From: Lama glama
Taxonomy: Eukaryota
Direction: 5' to 3'
DNA: 64,000 nt
Assembly (NCBI GenBank): GCA_028534125.1
Contig: CM052818.1
Coordinates: forward strand, 48,052,001 to 48,116,000
The position numbers and the translations under genes were made by a program. Positions 27,231-38,920 of this stretch are shown here, one piece after another. Under the pieces are notes generated by a model. It worked only from the letters and a program-made list of their open reading frames with translations, was not told the DNA's origin and did no database searches. Positions within the stretch are counted from its first letter, which is position 1. Every line of letters begins with the position of its first letter.

Positions 27231-27470
27231 TCTAGCAAAATCATGTATGATATATATGCTGGTAAAGCACCTTTCATATTAGGAACATTTTGTAAACAGT
27301 TTTGGTTGTTTTTAGAAGAATTATTATTTTTAATCCTGTATAACATGTCACTGAGAATAACTCTCATCATCAGATTTGCCTAAGAACCCAAACAATTAGA
27401 AATTTCATATACGTTAATATACTTTTAACCTTGTGCAGTTCCTTTTGTTTTTTTCTCATTATATCATAGA

Positions 27471-28733
27471 GCACAGGTTCTCAAACACACTGACGTCAGG
27501 TGTCCTTTACGTTCTGTATGTGGAGCAGAGCTGTCAAAATATAACAGACGCATAATTTGAACTGAGAAACTTTTTTGAAATTACTTATCAATTTCTAATT
27601 TATGCTATGCTAACACAAATACAATTTTTGCATGAAAAGTAACTGTTTTTTAAAGACATAAAATTAGCAGGAAGGGTGACACTGTTTTCCAATTGCATAT
27701 CTCTTTGATGTCTCTCTTCACAGAAAAGAGGAGATTTATCATATTTAATTTTGTTTTCAGTCTGCCACAATATGCAGATGGGAAACTGGAAAAAAAAGGA
27801 AGATCATTTCAACAATCCTTTCAGGTAAATACGGAAAGTTTTATTTTGTACAAATATTCATATTCGTGTACATTACAATTCATTTCTGTCTTGCACTTTA
27901 AATGTGTCTTTTCCCTCTGCATGTGACATCTTGCATCGATCATTTGAAAAATTATTGGCTCACTTGAATTACACAGTTCTTGCAAATATTAATGCATTTT
28001 ATTATACATTATCAAAAATTCACATCGACAATTTTTACCACCAACTTCATCAGAAAATTCTTGCCTCATTGGGAGGCTGTCAGGATCACAGTGGCAGATT
28101 TGAGTTTTCCAAAATTATGATTTTCTCTTGGGAGCTTGAACTTTATAGTTGGCATCAAAAATTGCCAACTAATTTCCTTGAAGTGACAGGCTGGTGCTGC
28201 TCATTTTTAAGAATATGTCTGATGCTCAGTCTCCATGATCAAAGTTTGCCATCAGAGGTTCTTTTGAGTAAACACAGTGTTCTATGAAAAAGCGGGGCTA
28301 GTTTAGCTTGTAACTTAAACATCAAGCAAAGGATTTCCTAGAGACAACCTTCATGCTTCCACGTACAGTGAAGTGCTCTCTGCAGCCTTTCCATTTCTTC
28401 ATCGAGAATAGTTAGAAGATATGAAATCAAAGATCAAATTTAACAAAATTAATAATTTTATTGATTAATCAAGTACATTTTAAAATACAGCTGGCTTTTT
28501 TAGTGAGACGATTTCTCCTTGACTACAGACACAGTGTGTGCAAACGCCTTGATTCATGCTGAAGTGCCACCACCTTTTGCCACCACTGCTTTGACACCAC
28601 CAGTGTGACTGTGGACGCTGTGAAAAAGGCACCTAATGGGTTCATACATCATGACAATAGCTGGGGCTGTCTGGCCTCTGGGAGTGTGCCAGGGGTGCCA
28701 GGGGTCTGCAGACCTCACCTTGAGACCCCCAGC
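27471..28733. mobile_element. hAT-Charlie DNA transposon fossil (Charlie1-like), both ends present
   Basis: Termini 'cacaggttctcaaa' and 'ttgagacccccag'; 'gccttgattcatgctgaagtgccaccaccttttgccaccactgcttt...gtgaaaaaggc' matches my recollection of Charlie1. Confidence 0.7.
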
Positions 28734-28899
28734 ATTGCGCTCTCTCTGCCCCTTGCAGGCTATTTCACTAAGCTGCCAGCACCTTGGGAGAGGTGTTAAT
28801 GTTTTTTGGGTGTTTGTGTTTTGTGTACCGAGCACAAAACCTTGTGTTATCAAAGGAAAGGATGAGTGAGCGAACAGAAATGAATGAACAAGCACACAA

Positions 28900-29236
28900 G
28901 TGAGTGGATGAACTCAGCTCTGGTTGTGCTGTACTTTTTCTCTGTTCCTCAGGCACACAAAGACTGCTCCTTGTTCAGGGTGTTTTGGCTCCCAGGTCCT
29001 ACAGCCGGAGGCTTCCTTCTGGTATTTGAATGTCAGGCTCCTATTACGCAATCTCAGCAGAAACATCACAGGCATTCCCTGATTCTTCAAATTGAAATAG
29101 CCACCCAGCACCCCCTTCACATCCCCACATTCTGCTTCTCTGCAATGCACGTATCACTACTGAATATATTCATATTTTAGCACCCAGGGCATGGTAGCTA
29201 CTTAGCAAATATTTTTGAATGAATGGATGAGTGAAT
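28900..29236 (+). mobile_element. L2 3' end
   Basis: Ends 'ggcatggtagctacttagcaaatatttttgaatgaatggatgagtgaat', the canonical L2 terminus. Confidence 0.7.
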
Positions 29237-29246
29237 AGGGCAGAGA

Positions 29247-29400
29247 ATTCATTCAATAGGTACTTATTAAGCACCTACTGTTGACAAGGCTCTACTGACA
29301 TAAGGTCTTTGTGGGCAGGGAACTTACGGTATAATGTGTAGAGGGACAGACAATGAAAAATAAAAGCAGCCAATGTGAAGTTACAACCGTGCCGTTTGTT
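29247..29400 (-). mobile_element. L2 3' end, inverted relative to its neighbour
   Basis: 'attcattcaataggtacttattaagcacctactg' is the antisense L2 terminus. Confidence 0.7.
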
Positions 29401-32167
29401 CACACAGCGGTACGCATTGCTATGTAAGTGTATCAGGTGGAATGACATCTTTTCAGGGTCTTTCTCAGCTTCTGCGAAGAAGTTTTGACTGAGCTGAGGC
29501 TTCACGGGGGAGCAGGCATAACTCCTGCAGGGAGGGAGGCGGCCCAGGATGTCTCCAAGGAGAAACGTTGCACCTCACGGCTCTTTCACTGCTTGTAAGC
29601 TTTGCATGTCTTATTTCTCCAGACCTACCAGCATCATCTTTCCTATCTTCCAAGAAAGCGGCCCGAGGCACATGTTTCCCCCACCCTTGTGATGCCTGGG
29701 AGAGCCCTGGGCGCAGAAGGACACAGGATCAACACAGCCGTGTGTGTGGTTGCGCGGCAGCCTTGGCCACCTGGCCACGCCCACGCGACAGCGACCTGCA
29801 TAGCCACGAACCTTCCCGTCATCTTACTTTCAGATCAGCTTTGCGTGTGTCCCTTCAGGCGAGATCTTCTCGGGATCTGCTGTCTCCCTCCTCCTTTTCC
29901 CCCTCCGTCCCCACTACGCTCCAGGCGGGCTCTAGAGCAGACCAGTCTTTGCTCCTTCACCGTTAGCAGCCCACCCACAATCCGGCCCTGCCCGCGCAGC
30001 AGTTCGCACGACAAGGCCTCCGACCGTCCACCGCCTGCCAGCGGTGCCTTTGTTTTCGTGCTCATCGTCCCCAGCTGTTCCTGGATCACAGAAACCCCTG
30101 CATTTTCGACAAATGTCTCATCTGTGAAGCCATTTCTCTGTTTTTTCCCTCTTTCTCACTCCTCGTTCTTGGCAGCCGCCCACAGAGCTGCACCCCAGGC
30201 ATTTGTCTGGAGTGCACCCAGCGCATGTCCCTGGCTGGCCGCTAGGTCATAAAAGCCGACCGTCAGTAAATCACATCGGTGAGGAGATCCATGAATCTTG
30301 TTCTTGCCTTGAGCACATCGATCACTCTTGTCATGAACACTGCAGGCATGAGCCACTCTGTCTGCACGTGGACTTTGGACCCCGTCACTGACCGGCCGTA
30401 ACTGAGTGGGGAGGATGTCTTGGAGGAGATGACACTCTAACAAATTGGTGTCTTCTGGAATAAACACTGAATTAGGCTCCATTCGGGGAAACGGTGGTGA
30501 ACTCAGTGGGCCCCTCGTCTGCCTGCCCTTCCTGCTGATATAGTGATGAACTCACTTGCTCATGTGACGCAAGTGTGCAAGGACATGTCAAGTTTGGAGG
30601 AAGGAATTGATTATAAAAGCTGCTGTCTTTGTTTCGGCAGCATTCTGGATTTCATCCTTAGTCTCCATCACAGCAACGCAGCGGCAGTCCTGCAAATGTC
30701 CTAGCAGGAAGGATGCGGGTCAGGCGGACCTGCCCCACGTCCCAGCGCTGGCTCGCCCTGGGCTCAGTCATTGCTCCTGTAAAGTGGCCGGTGGGAAAGC
30801 TGCTTTGTACTGTCACCTCAAGGGTGAAATATGCTAATACTTGTGAGGCTCAGAACCCAGGGTTGGGATGTTGCAAGAATTTGACATGTTTGTTCCATGA
30901 CTTCAGGTCCATAAATCTGGTAGCTCTTTGGATCAGATGAATAAATGACTTGCTGGTCCCTCACATGGCATCTGCCATGGTCACGGTGAGGTGCAAGGGG
31001 AAGGCATAGGTCAGGGGAAAGGTTTAGGCTGCACTGGTCATACTGTCCAGTCCTTTGGTGCTTCACACTCAGCAAAGAGGAGGCCGTAGCTAGTGGTAGG
31101 GATTGGGAGCAGCTGACCTTGAACTGATGTGGTGACCTTCAAACCCAAATATGGTTTCTTGTATGCAGAGACATCTCAAGCAATTATCAGTGGTCTCATC
31201 CTTTGGCCCCACAAAAGAGGCTGAGGCCCCTCCACTGTGGTTGGATGAAGGAGGGACAGGAAGGCAGTGGGAGTGAAGATCGTCTTCTAACTGGGGCGCT
31301 GAGTGGCCTTTTCCCCTTAAGTCCGTCCTCGCCCCACTCCAGCCTCTGGGCAGGAGTCTCACCACGTACAGTTGAGCTGCAGCCATGCTCTCCTCTCTCT
31401 CCTCCTTAGTGTCTGCTTCCCATATGGCGGAGGCCACCGAAATGGGCTACCCTACGTCCCATGTCTTTCAAGAACACAGACATGAAAGAATCAGAAAGCT
31501 TTTTTATGATAAGATTGTAAACAGTAGGGGCCATGATCTGCCACGCCCTTTATGTTTGTTTTCATCGTGTTTCACTTCTGTCCTCTGCTGCCTCAGCACC
31601 AGTGGCCTGGCCGCAAGACGAGGGCGGGTCCCCTGGCCTCACACACGCAGTGGTCAGATTCTGTTATAATCTCGCGTCAGGATTTGGGGCTTGTTTGACA
31701 CCACAGCAGAGACTAAACAACCCTGGCCAACAACCACTGTAAAATGAAGCCTGTGTCTGTTCTGTGAAGCACTGCTGCGGCCACGTCTGAAGAGGGAGGA
31801 GTTAAAAGAAAGGCTGCGCGCTCAGCGCTTAGGACACAGAGACACCTAGACCGCTGAGCAGTCACCGCCCATCTACGCGCTCAGCGTGGAAGCCAGAGTC
31901 CTACGCGTGCCAGGTGGGGCGCGGGCACCAGGAGGTGTCCCGGCCTCCCCTAGTCTCCCCTGTGCTTGCCCCCTCCGTCTCCCTTGGGGGTCTCATGGGC
32001 CATGGCAGGTACAAGGTGACCTGTCTCTCTCCAAATTCATTCCTGCTGCAGCGTTCATGCTCAACGTCTCCTTTCCAGGCCAAGAGGGAAAACCCTGCAT
32101 TTACCACGCAGTTGGAATTCGTATGACTCTGTGCGTGTTCCATGCATACACGACGCTTATGCGGGTG

Positions 32168-32370
32168 TGCGCTTGTCTCGGTTCTCCATAACAACGCGTC
32201 ATACCCTGCGAGGCTTAAACAACAGAAGTTTACTTCCGCAAAGTCCTGGCGACGGGAAGTCCAAGATGAAAGTGTCTGCAGGTTTGGTTTCTCCTGAGGT
32301 CTCTCTCCTTGGCTGGTGGGAGGGACACGGCCTTCTCACCGTGTCCTCACGCGGTCGTCCACAACAGTGT
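32168..32370 (-). mobile_element. MLT1-family LTR fragment, CpG-enriched
   Basis: 'ggcttaaacaacagaagtttac...gaagtccaagatgaaagtgtctgcaggtttggtttctcctgagg...gtgtcctcac'. Confidence 0.8.
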
Positions 32371-32374
32371 TAAA

Positions 32375-32850
32375 GGCTGATTGAAAAGTAGCCACACTTC
32401 CTCTCACCCACGCCGGTCTCCACACCCTTCACATGTCCTGCCATCCAGAGGTGGCTCCTCTTTCTCACTGCTTGAGTCTGGGCCGGCCTTGTGACTTGCT
32501 TTGGCCGAGAAGATGCAGCTGAGGTGACAGGATGCTGGCGCTGAGTGTGGCCTCAGGAGGCCTTGCCCACTTCTGCTCACTGGTATAACACCAAGCTCAG
32601 ATTGCCTGCTGGTGGGTGAGAGATGCCAGGGAAGAGAAGGATTGCTCGGCCAAGACCAGGGGATGCTGGCCAACCAGCCAGCCCCGCTGTGGATCTGCCT
32701 GGGTGACCCGCAGTTGAATGCAGATTTTGGGGGAGCCCAGCTGAGAGCCTCTCTCAGCCCTGTGAGTAGGTAAGTATTTATTGCCTTAAGGCACTGGGTT
32801 TTGTGTTTCTGCTTTACCCCACGTTACCGTGGTCATAGTTCACAAACACA
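32375..32850 (+). mobile_element. MLT1F/G/H-like LTR
   Basis: 'ccatccagaggtgg...ttgagtctgggccggccttgtgacttgctttggcc' and a MaLR-type 3' end. Confidence 0.75.
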
Positions 32851-35318
32851 ATGATTATAATAATTATAAAGCCTATTTGATCCAACGGGATTTCCCATTT
32901 AGGGCGTCCTTACTTATGTAAAGATTTGATTTCATTTCATTTGATTTATGATTTTCACAGTTTCCCATCAAGTAGGTATTTATTCTTGCAACCATTTTAC
33001 CTGAAAGGAGTATCTGGGCTTGACGAGGTTAAGGCGTTCCAGCGAGGTCACGGGGGAGCAGGGAGGGGAGCCCCCAGGCCTCCACGCCCCTCTCAGGGTG
33101 GGAAGATGCTTAATTCGAAGCCCCGCGTTGGCCTCTCCTCCCCCGGCTGGACGTGCAGAACTCACGACAGACGTAGCGGTCAGTCGTGCTAAGGGGAATC
33201 ACCGAGAAATCTCTCCTGAATGGGTAAGAAAACTAAGCCTTTATTTTCCGGATTTTTAATTTTTTCTCTTCCTTTTTTGCAGCTAATTAATGTAGGAGAG
33301 CTGGACAGTCATCTCTGCATGTGGACCTTGGGCTTGTCCACAACTCTTTCCATCTCAGGAAACAAAGTCAGGGGAAAAAGTGTGGTGAACTTTGTTGGGG
33401 GGGGGCATATTTTTCTCAGTACGAAACAGGAATTTTTAAAACCTTTTCTGGAGGACCAGGCTCGAGGTGCACGGGGCGTGATTACAGAGCGCGTCTGAGG
33501 GGGCATCAGTCCTCTCTCAGTGGGTCCGCCTCCCGGGCCTCAGCCCCAGTGATGAACGCGCTGTGAGCTCACGAGTGAGAGAGACGCCGCAAACACGAGG
33601 AAGCCCTTCTGTGTGTGAGGGGAATTCACTTCCTGTGACGGCTTCTTTATGACCACAACTGCGCTGTCTGATTTTGAAAAAAGAATTCACTTCAAATATT
33701 TCCACTTATGGTCAAAAATCGATGCTGATGTTTTTAAAACCACTCTTTAGTCTATGTTTCCCCACCTTTATGGAGATGCAATCGACACAGAACACTGTGT
33801 TAAGTTTCAGGCGTACCTTTTAAATCGACAAATGGCATGTGCCTTTAGAATCAATGAATCAAATGTCAAATTTTTCTTGAAGCAGATTTTTGTTTCTGGT
33901 TGCTACAGCTTGAGGCTTCCTAGGGGCAGGAGCCACTATTTCAATGTAAAAAATTTAAGTGAAGGACTAAGGCCACCCGGGAGACCCGGTGTCAGGAGAG
34001 CAACACGGTGAACCACAGTGGAAAAAATTAAAGAGCCAACTTTCACTTCCTTCCACGTTGATTCTGCGCACATCATTTCTGGGTTAACTCGATTACCTTC
34101 CTATTCTCCCATTTGACCATATCCGTATTTAAAAGGCTATCCGTTTTTATCCAAATTCAACAATGACACTTTAAGGGCACCTGGAAGGAGTTCCACACCA
34201 GTGAGTTTATAATACCTGGGAGTGTTGCTACGTACATGGACAGACGCCATCATATATAATTCTACCAGATTTCACAGTGGAAGTGAGATAAATTTCCTTT
34301 CACTGACATAAAACCACTGTAATTCTTCTAAAAGCCAAACAGCCAAACCCCAGAAAAGACTGAATAGCTCCAACACCACTAAAAGCTCCTATTTCTAACA
34401 CTTCTGCTCTTTTAAAAAAATCTACTGTAGCGCATGGTCTTACCCACAGTGGAGGGGAAGCCTGGCTAATGGCAGCCAATGACACTTCACAAAATTGAAG
34501 TCCATCTTCCTAAAATTGTTGCTAGGCTCCAGCAGCCATTAATTTTCAGGTCCAGAAAAATTGTAGCTGGGCTGTCTTCCTGAATCAGCAATTGTTATGT
34601 GTGTGGAAAAAATGGGACTACCGTTTGTGTTTCTAATTCTGACTCAAGACACATGTATGCTTATAGCAAATTTTAGCAGAAGTGTGAGGAAGACTCTGGA
34701 CTTGATGACCTCAGAGATCTACGTGGAGGAGAAAATGGACTTCAGAGGACATGCGTGGGTCATGGCTATGTTTGAAGTTGCATCAGGGATCCCTTTGGTG
34801 AAGACAGACCAGAGAGCTTGCTGCAAACTCTAAAGGCAACTCACTCTACATCCTTTCCAAGTAACATTCTTTGAGTTGTGTTGTGGCTTTAGATCATTTT
34901 TGTCTATACATAAAATATAAACACAAAAAATGGACAAACTGAATGTGTTTACATGCCATTTGAAGGTTTCACAAGGCTGCTTTTTAATAGAAATTAAATA
35001 CAGAGGAATTAGGTCTTGTCCAGAGAAGGTGAAATTTTGTGTTTGTTTGGTAATAATAGATCAAGCAAAGCTTTCCAGTTTTGGTCAAACCCCACTCAAA
35101 CTTTTCTTTCCATCTTCCCAGAGAAAGAGTCCAGTCTAGAGGTTAGCAATGGTCACAAAGCCCGTGACCTAGACAAAGACACCTTACATCTTAATGGTTT
35201 TGTTTGTACAAAAAAAGGAACGGGGGTATATCATGTATTAAGTGCCTGTCATGCGTGGGTGCTATATATTTTTTTCTTAGGACACATAATTTAGTATTCA
35301 CATCACCCTATCATTCTT

Positions 35319-35668
35319 CTGATTGTTAATTTTATGTGTCAGCCTGGCTAGACTATGGTGCCTAAATATTTTTTAGTTGAGATTAACATTTAAATCAGTG
35401 TGGGTGGGCCTCATCTGATCAGCTAAAGACCTTAAGTGGTGAAAAGTTCCCTGAAAAGGAAGACATTCTGCCTCCAGACTGCTTCTGGATTTGAGATACA
35501 ACATCAACTCTTTCCTGTGTGTCCAGACAGTCTCCATGCCCTAAAATATTTGAATATGCCAACCCCTACAACTGTGTGACCCAATCCCTTAAAAGCTCTC
35601 TCTCTCTCTCTCTCTCCCCCCCATCTCTTATGGTTCTGTTTCTCCTGAAAACCCCAACTGGTAGGTAC
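35319..35668 (+). mobile_element. MLT2 solo LTR (internally deleted) with (TC)n
   Basis: 'ttgttaattttatgtgtcagc...gggtgggcctcatc...ggttctgtttctcctgaaaacccc'. Confidence 0.85.
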
Positions 35669-35669
35669 A

Positions 35670-35780
35670 GTTATCTCTTATTATTCCTCGTTTACAATTA
35701 AGGAAACAGAAGCTCCGAGAGGTGACCTGACTTTCCCAAGATCACAAAGTGGAATCGATACCCAAGTTAGGACTTCATGC
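35670..35780 (-). mobile_element. MIR SINE fragment
   Basis: 'ggaaacagaagctccgagaggtgacctgactttcccaagatcaca'. Confidence 0.75.
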
Positions 35781-36899
35781 CCAGCTGCCTGCTGGAGTCG
35801 GGCTGCCAGAGCAGCCTGGCTATGGCTATAATTTGTGGGACGAGATCCACACAATCCAGCTGTTGGCATCAGGACAGTTACCCACAAGAAGCAAGCACCG
35901 GGTAAGAAAACCTTATTTGAAAGGACCACCTACTCTCCAAAAGCAGGAGAGGACTGTGGAGTTCTCTCTAATAGCTCCTTTGGGCGCAGAGGGATGGTTG
36001 GATCCATCAGAGGTTACTTAGGGTGCAGAGGGAATTTCGGAGAAAATTCGTGGAGATGGAGCAAATATGACACGCCCAGGGAACCACGTGTGACTAAATA
36101 CAATCGGAAGCAATCTGGAAGTTAAGTGAAGAAGTCTACACTTGATTCATGTATTTGTAAGATACTTATTGAACACTCAGGCTCAATGTGGAACTCTTTC
36201 AGTATAAGGAGCAAGAATATGGAGGTCATAGTTTAGTGGGGAAGATGAACATCAAATAAATTATTAACTTACCACAGGTGTGACGAATACTGTAGCGGTA
36301 ACATTGCACAGGTCGAGAAACCAGACTTGTCCAGACTACCAGGAGATGCACCCCGAAGGATGGGGTGTTTTACGGAGGAGGGCGATGGTTGTTAAACTGC
36401 TTCCCAGCATGAGCTACGCAGAGTAGACACGTTCCACTGCTTAATGGAGTGGTTTTGATTCTTTTTCAACTGGCAGAGGCAAATGTAATGAATGGAGAGG
36501 ATTTTCTCACTTCCAGCTCTTCCTTCCATAATACATTTTTAATCATGACACCTGCTACTGCTCCTCTGTGCTGGCAGATGACAAATGAGCGAACAAGTTG
36601 CAGATGAATATTAATGAAAAACTTTAAATAGTGCAGCATACTTAATTACTTACTTATTTCACGTCATCATTATTGTTTTGTTTTGTGGGACCAAGTGTTT
36701 GTTGCTGCTGTCTTTTAATGCACCCTAACCTCATCCTAGTTGAGAGGACAGAGGTAGCCATGCACCTGTCATGGTGTTCTGCCCTGTCAAACGCACCGAG
36801 GGCCAGTGCAAGGAACCCCGTGAAAGGCAGCAGGAGCCTTGCTCACTGTCCTCACAGGGAAGAAATGGGAGAGAAAATTAGGATTTACGTTGAATGGCC

Positions 36900-37055
36900 T
36901 TCCTTGTCCTTTACAACAGCACAGGGAGGTGGGTACCAGCATTATTCCTATTTGAGATGAGAAAAGTGAGACTTAGAGAGATTCAGTGACTTGCTCAAGA
37001 TCAAACCAATAGCATGCGACAGACAGGTTGAAATTAAGCATTCTAATTCAAGACG
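36900..37055 (-). mobile_element. MIR SINE fragment
   Basis: 'gagatgagaaaagtgagacttagagagattcagtgacttgctcaagatca'. Confidence 0.75.
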
Positions 37056-37131
37056 CCTGTGTTAAGTAGAATCAATAGAGTTCCTATTTGTCTATTTATC
37101 TATAACCTATTGCAACTTCTATCACTCTATC

Positions 37132-37171
<40 letters not shown>
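37132..37171. repeat. (TCTA)10 tetranucleotide microsatellite
   Basis: Read directly from the sequence. Confidence 0.95.
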
Positions 37172-37278
37172 GGCTGGAGAGAGAGTGAATTGACTCACGG
37201 AACTGTGGGGTTGGCAGGTCCAAATTCTTCATGGCAGGCCAGCAGACTGGAAACACAGGCAGGGTTTCTATGTGACAT

Positions 37279-37368
37279 TCTCTCATCCAAGTACTAACCA
37301 GGCCCAATCCTGCTTAACTTCCGAGATTGGAGGAGACCGGGTGCGTTGAGGGTAGCATGGCCGTAGAC
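37279..37368 (-). pseudogene. 5S rRNA retropseudogene (nt 1-90, 3'-truncated, no poly-A)
   Basis: Reverse complement GTCTACGGCCATGCTACCCTCAACGCACCCGGTCTC...GGTTAGTACTTGGATGAGAGA matches mammalian 5S rRNA at 78/90 by hand alignment; flanked by a 15-bp TSD. Confidence 0.95.
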
Positions 37369-38189
37369 TCCATGTTCCATTCTGGAAGAGAATTTCTACG
37401 TCTCTGGGAAACACCATTCTTTGCTCTCCAGGTCTTCAACTGATGGGATGAGGCCCACCCGCATTATAGAGGGTGATTTGCTTTACTCAAAGTCTACAGA
37501 TTGAAATGTTAATTACATCTAAAAAATAACTTCACAGCAACATCCAGTCTCATGTTTGACCAAACCCCTGGGCAACAAAGGCAGAGTCAAGTTGGCAATA
37601 AAATTAATCAAAACTACACCTCCCCTTAAATGATTGGCTTGTACCTCCTAAAACTTTGGCTTAGAATTGCTCAGACGGATGCTGACCTGGGCATGCGGTC
37701 TCAGGCACTTGCACGGACCATGTGTGGCTCATGCCATGTGAAGGGTTGACTCTTTTACAAGCACATTCTTCACTCAGTGTCTGACCCTACCCACCCTCAT
37801 GAACTCTTTCCAGTTCTAATTGTCCCTCACTTTTGTTTCTTTGTTTTCTGGATTGGCCTCTCGCCCCACCCTGGTTCAGCGACACTGCCTCCACACCGGC
37901 TCTTTCTTACCCTCATCTTTGACCCTGGAGTGCTGCCCCGGGTGACCTTCTGTGGACCTTCTGCAGACCCCAGACTCCGCCCAGCCTAGTCTTCAGAGTC
38001 GCTGCATGACTCCCGCATTCTGGACAGATCTTCCCTCATATCATTGCAACTTCCTGCAAACGGAGGCGTTTGAGAGGTGTGTTCTCGAGGGTCGTGCTGG
38101 GATGGCTCAAGGGAACTGCTTTCCAGACCTTCAATATTCATATCACTCTTTCCTTAGTTGATCCACCCAAGGATGGACTTTCATTGAAA

Positions 38190-38920
38190 GGGAGATGTTA
38201 CTTTTGAACTCCCCCTCTTCATAAACCCCTTTCCACATTTTATAAGAGAAAAGCACGAATCTCTTTTGTCCCTGAAGAGGTCAACCCCCTGAGACACCGA
38301 AGGAAGCATAGTCCAGTAATTCCTTTAATTAAAGCATCTAATTATCCCCCAGCCCAATCCATCTCATTAAGAGACGCTTTTGCAATAAAAGTTTACTTTT
38401 TTATGTTAGTAATTACTCATAAAATTTTAATACCTTTATGTTTTACTGTTCACTTGTGTACTAATATTTTTAATAATAATTCAATCGGAATAAAATTGTA
38501 AGCATTTTATGCCTATGGTTGTAGGGATGTGCAAATATTAATTTAATTCTCATAGATGTTTTTATTGGAGTATGAGAGGGAGTGTCAATAAAAGCCTGCC
38601 AAGCACAAAAGCGTATTACGAAAAAAGATTCATGAAAAGCAGAAATGAAAATACCAGCCCTGGTGAAAATGGAACAGTTGAAATGTTGGGCTGATAAGGA
38701 AGACCTTGTTACATGACCAGCTCCTGTGGTACTTCCATCCCATTGGATCCTTTCCAGAGTGATGTAGTAATTTTATTTTAAAGTACCCATGTTTCAATGT
38801 ACTGGAATCCACTTCTTTTGCAATTATATAATTTAAAACAAAATTTTAAAATATAGCAAGATACATGACACATTATGCGTATTTTAGTTGCATATGAACA
38901 AAAATTTGGAAGAATGCTGC
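38190..38920 (+). mobile_element. hAT-Charlie transposon 3' remnant (Charlie2-like)
   Basis: 38350-38370 encodes QPNPSH*, resembling the Q-x-H-P-S-H* C-terminus of Charlie/Buster transposases; AT-rich 3' region ends in a TIR-like 'ttggaagaatgctg'. Confidence 0.55.

Larger units (their letters stand above)
37060..37616 (-). mobile_element. MLT2 solo LTR hosting a 5S retropseudogene and (TCTA)n
   Basis: Antisense MLT2: 'cttcaactgatgggatgaggcccaccc...aatgttaattacatctaaaaaat...gtttgaccaa...caagttggcaataaaattaatc'. Confidence 0.88.

Noticed and set aside
29252..29273. Identification as miR-95 itself
   Set aside because: Four mismatches, two in the seed, and the loop and 5' arm do not match my recollection of the conserved precursor.
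29602..30252. Longest ORF in the track (216 aa) and overlapping ORFs
   Set aside because: No recognisable domain, low-complexity P/S/A/R composition, and several overlapping frames open; expected in GC-rich sequence with few stop codons.
37279..37368. Functional 5S rRNA gene
   Set aside because: Lacks the last ~30 nt and the T-run terminator, has 12 substitutions, is single copy, and is flanked by a TSD.
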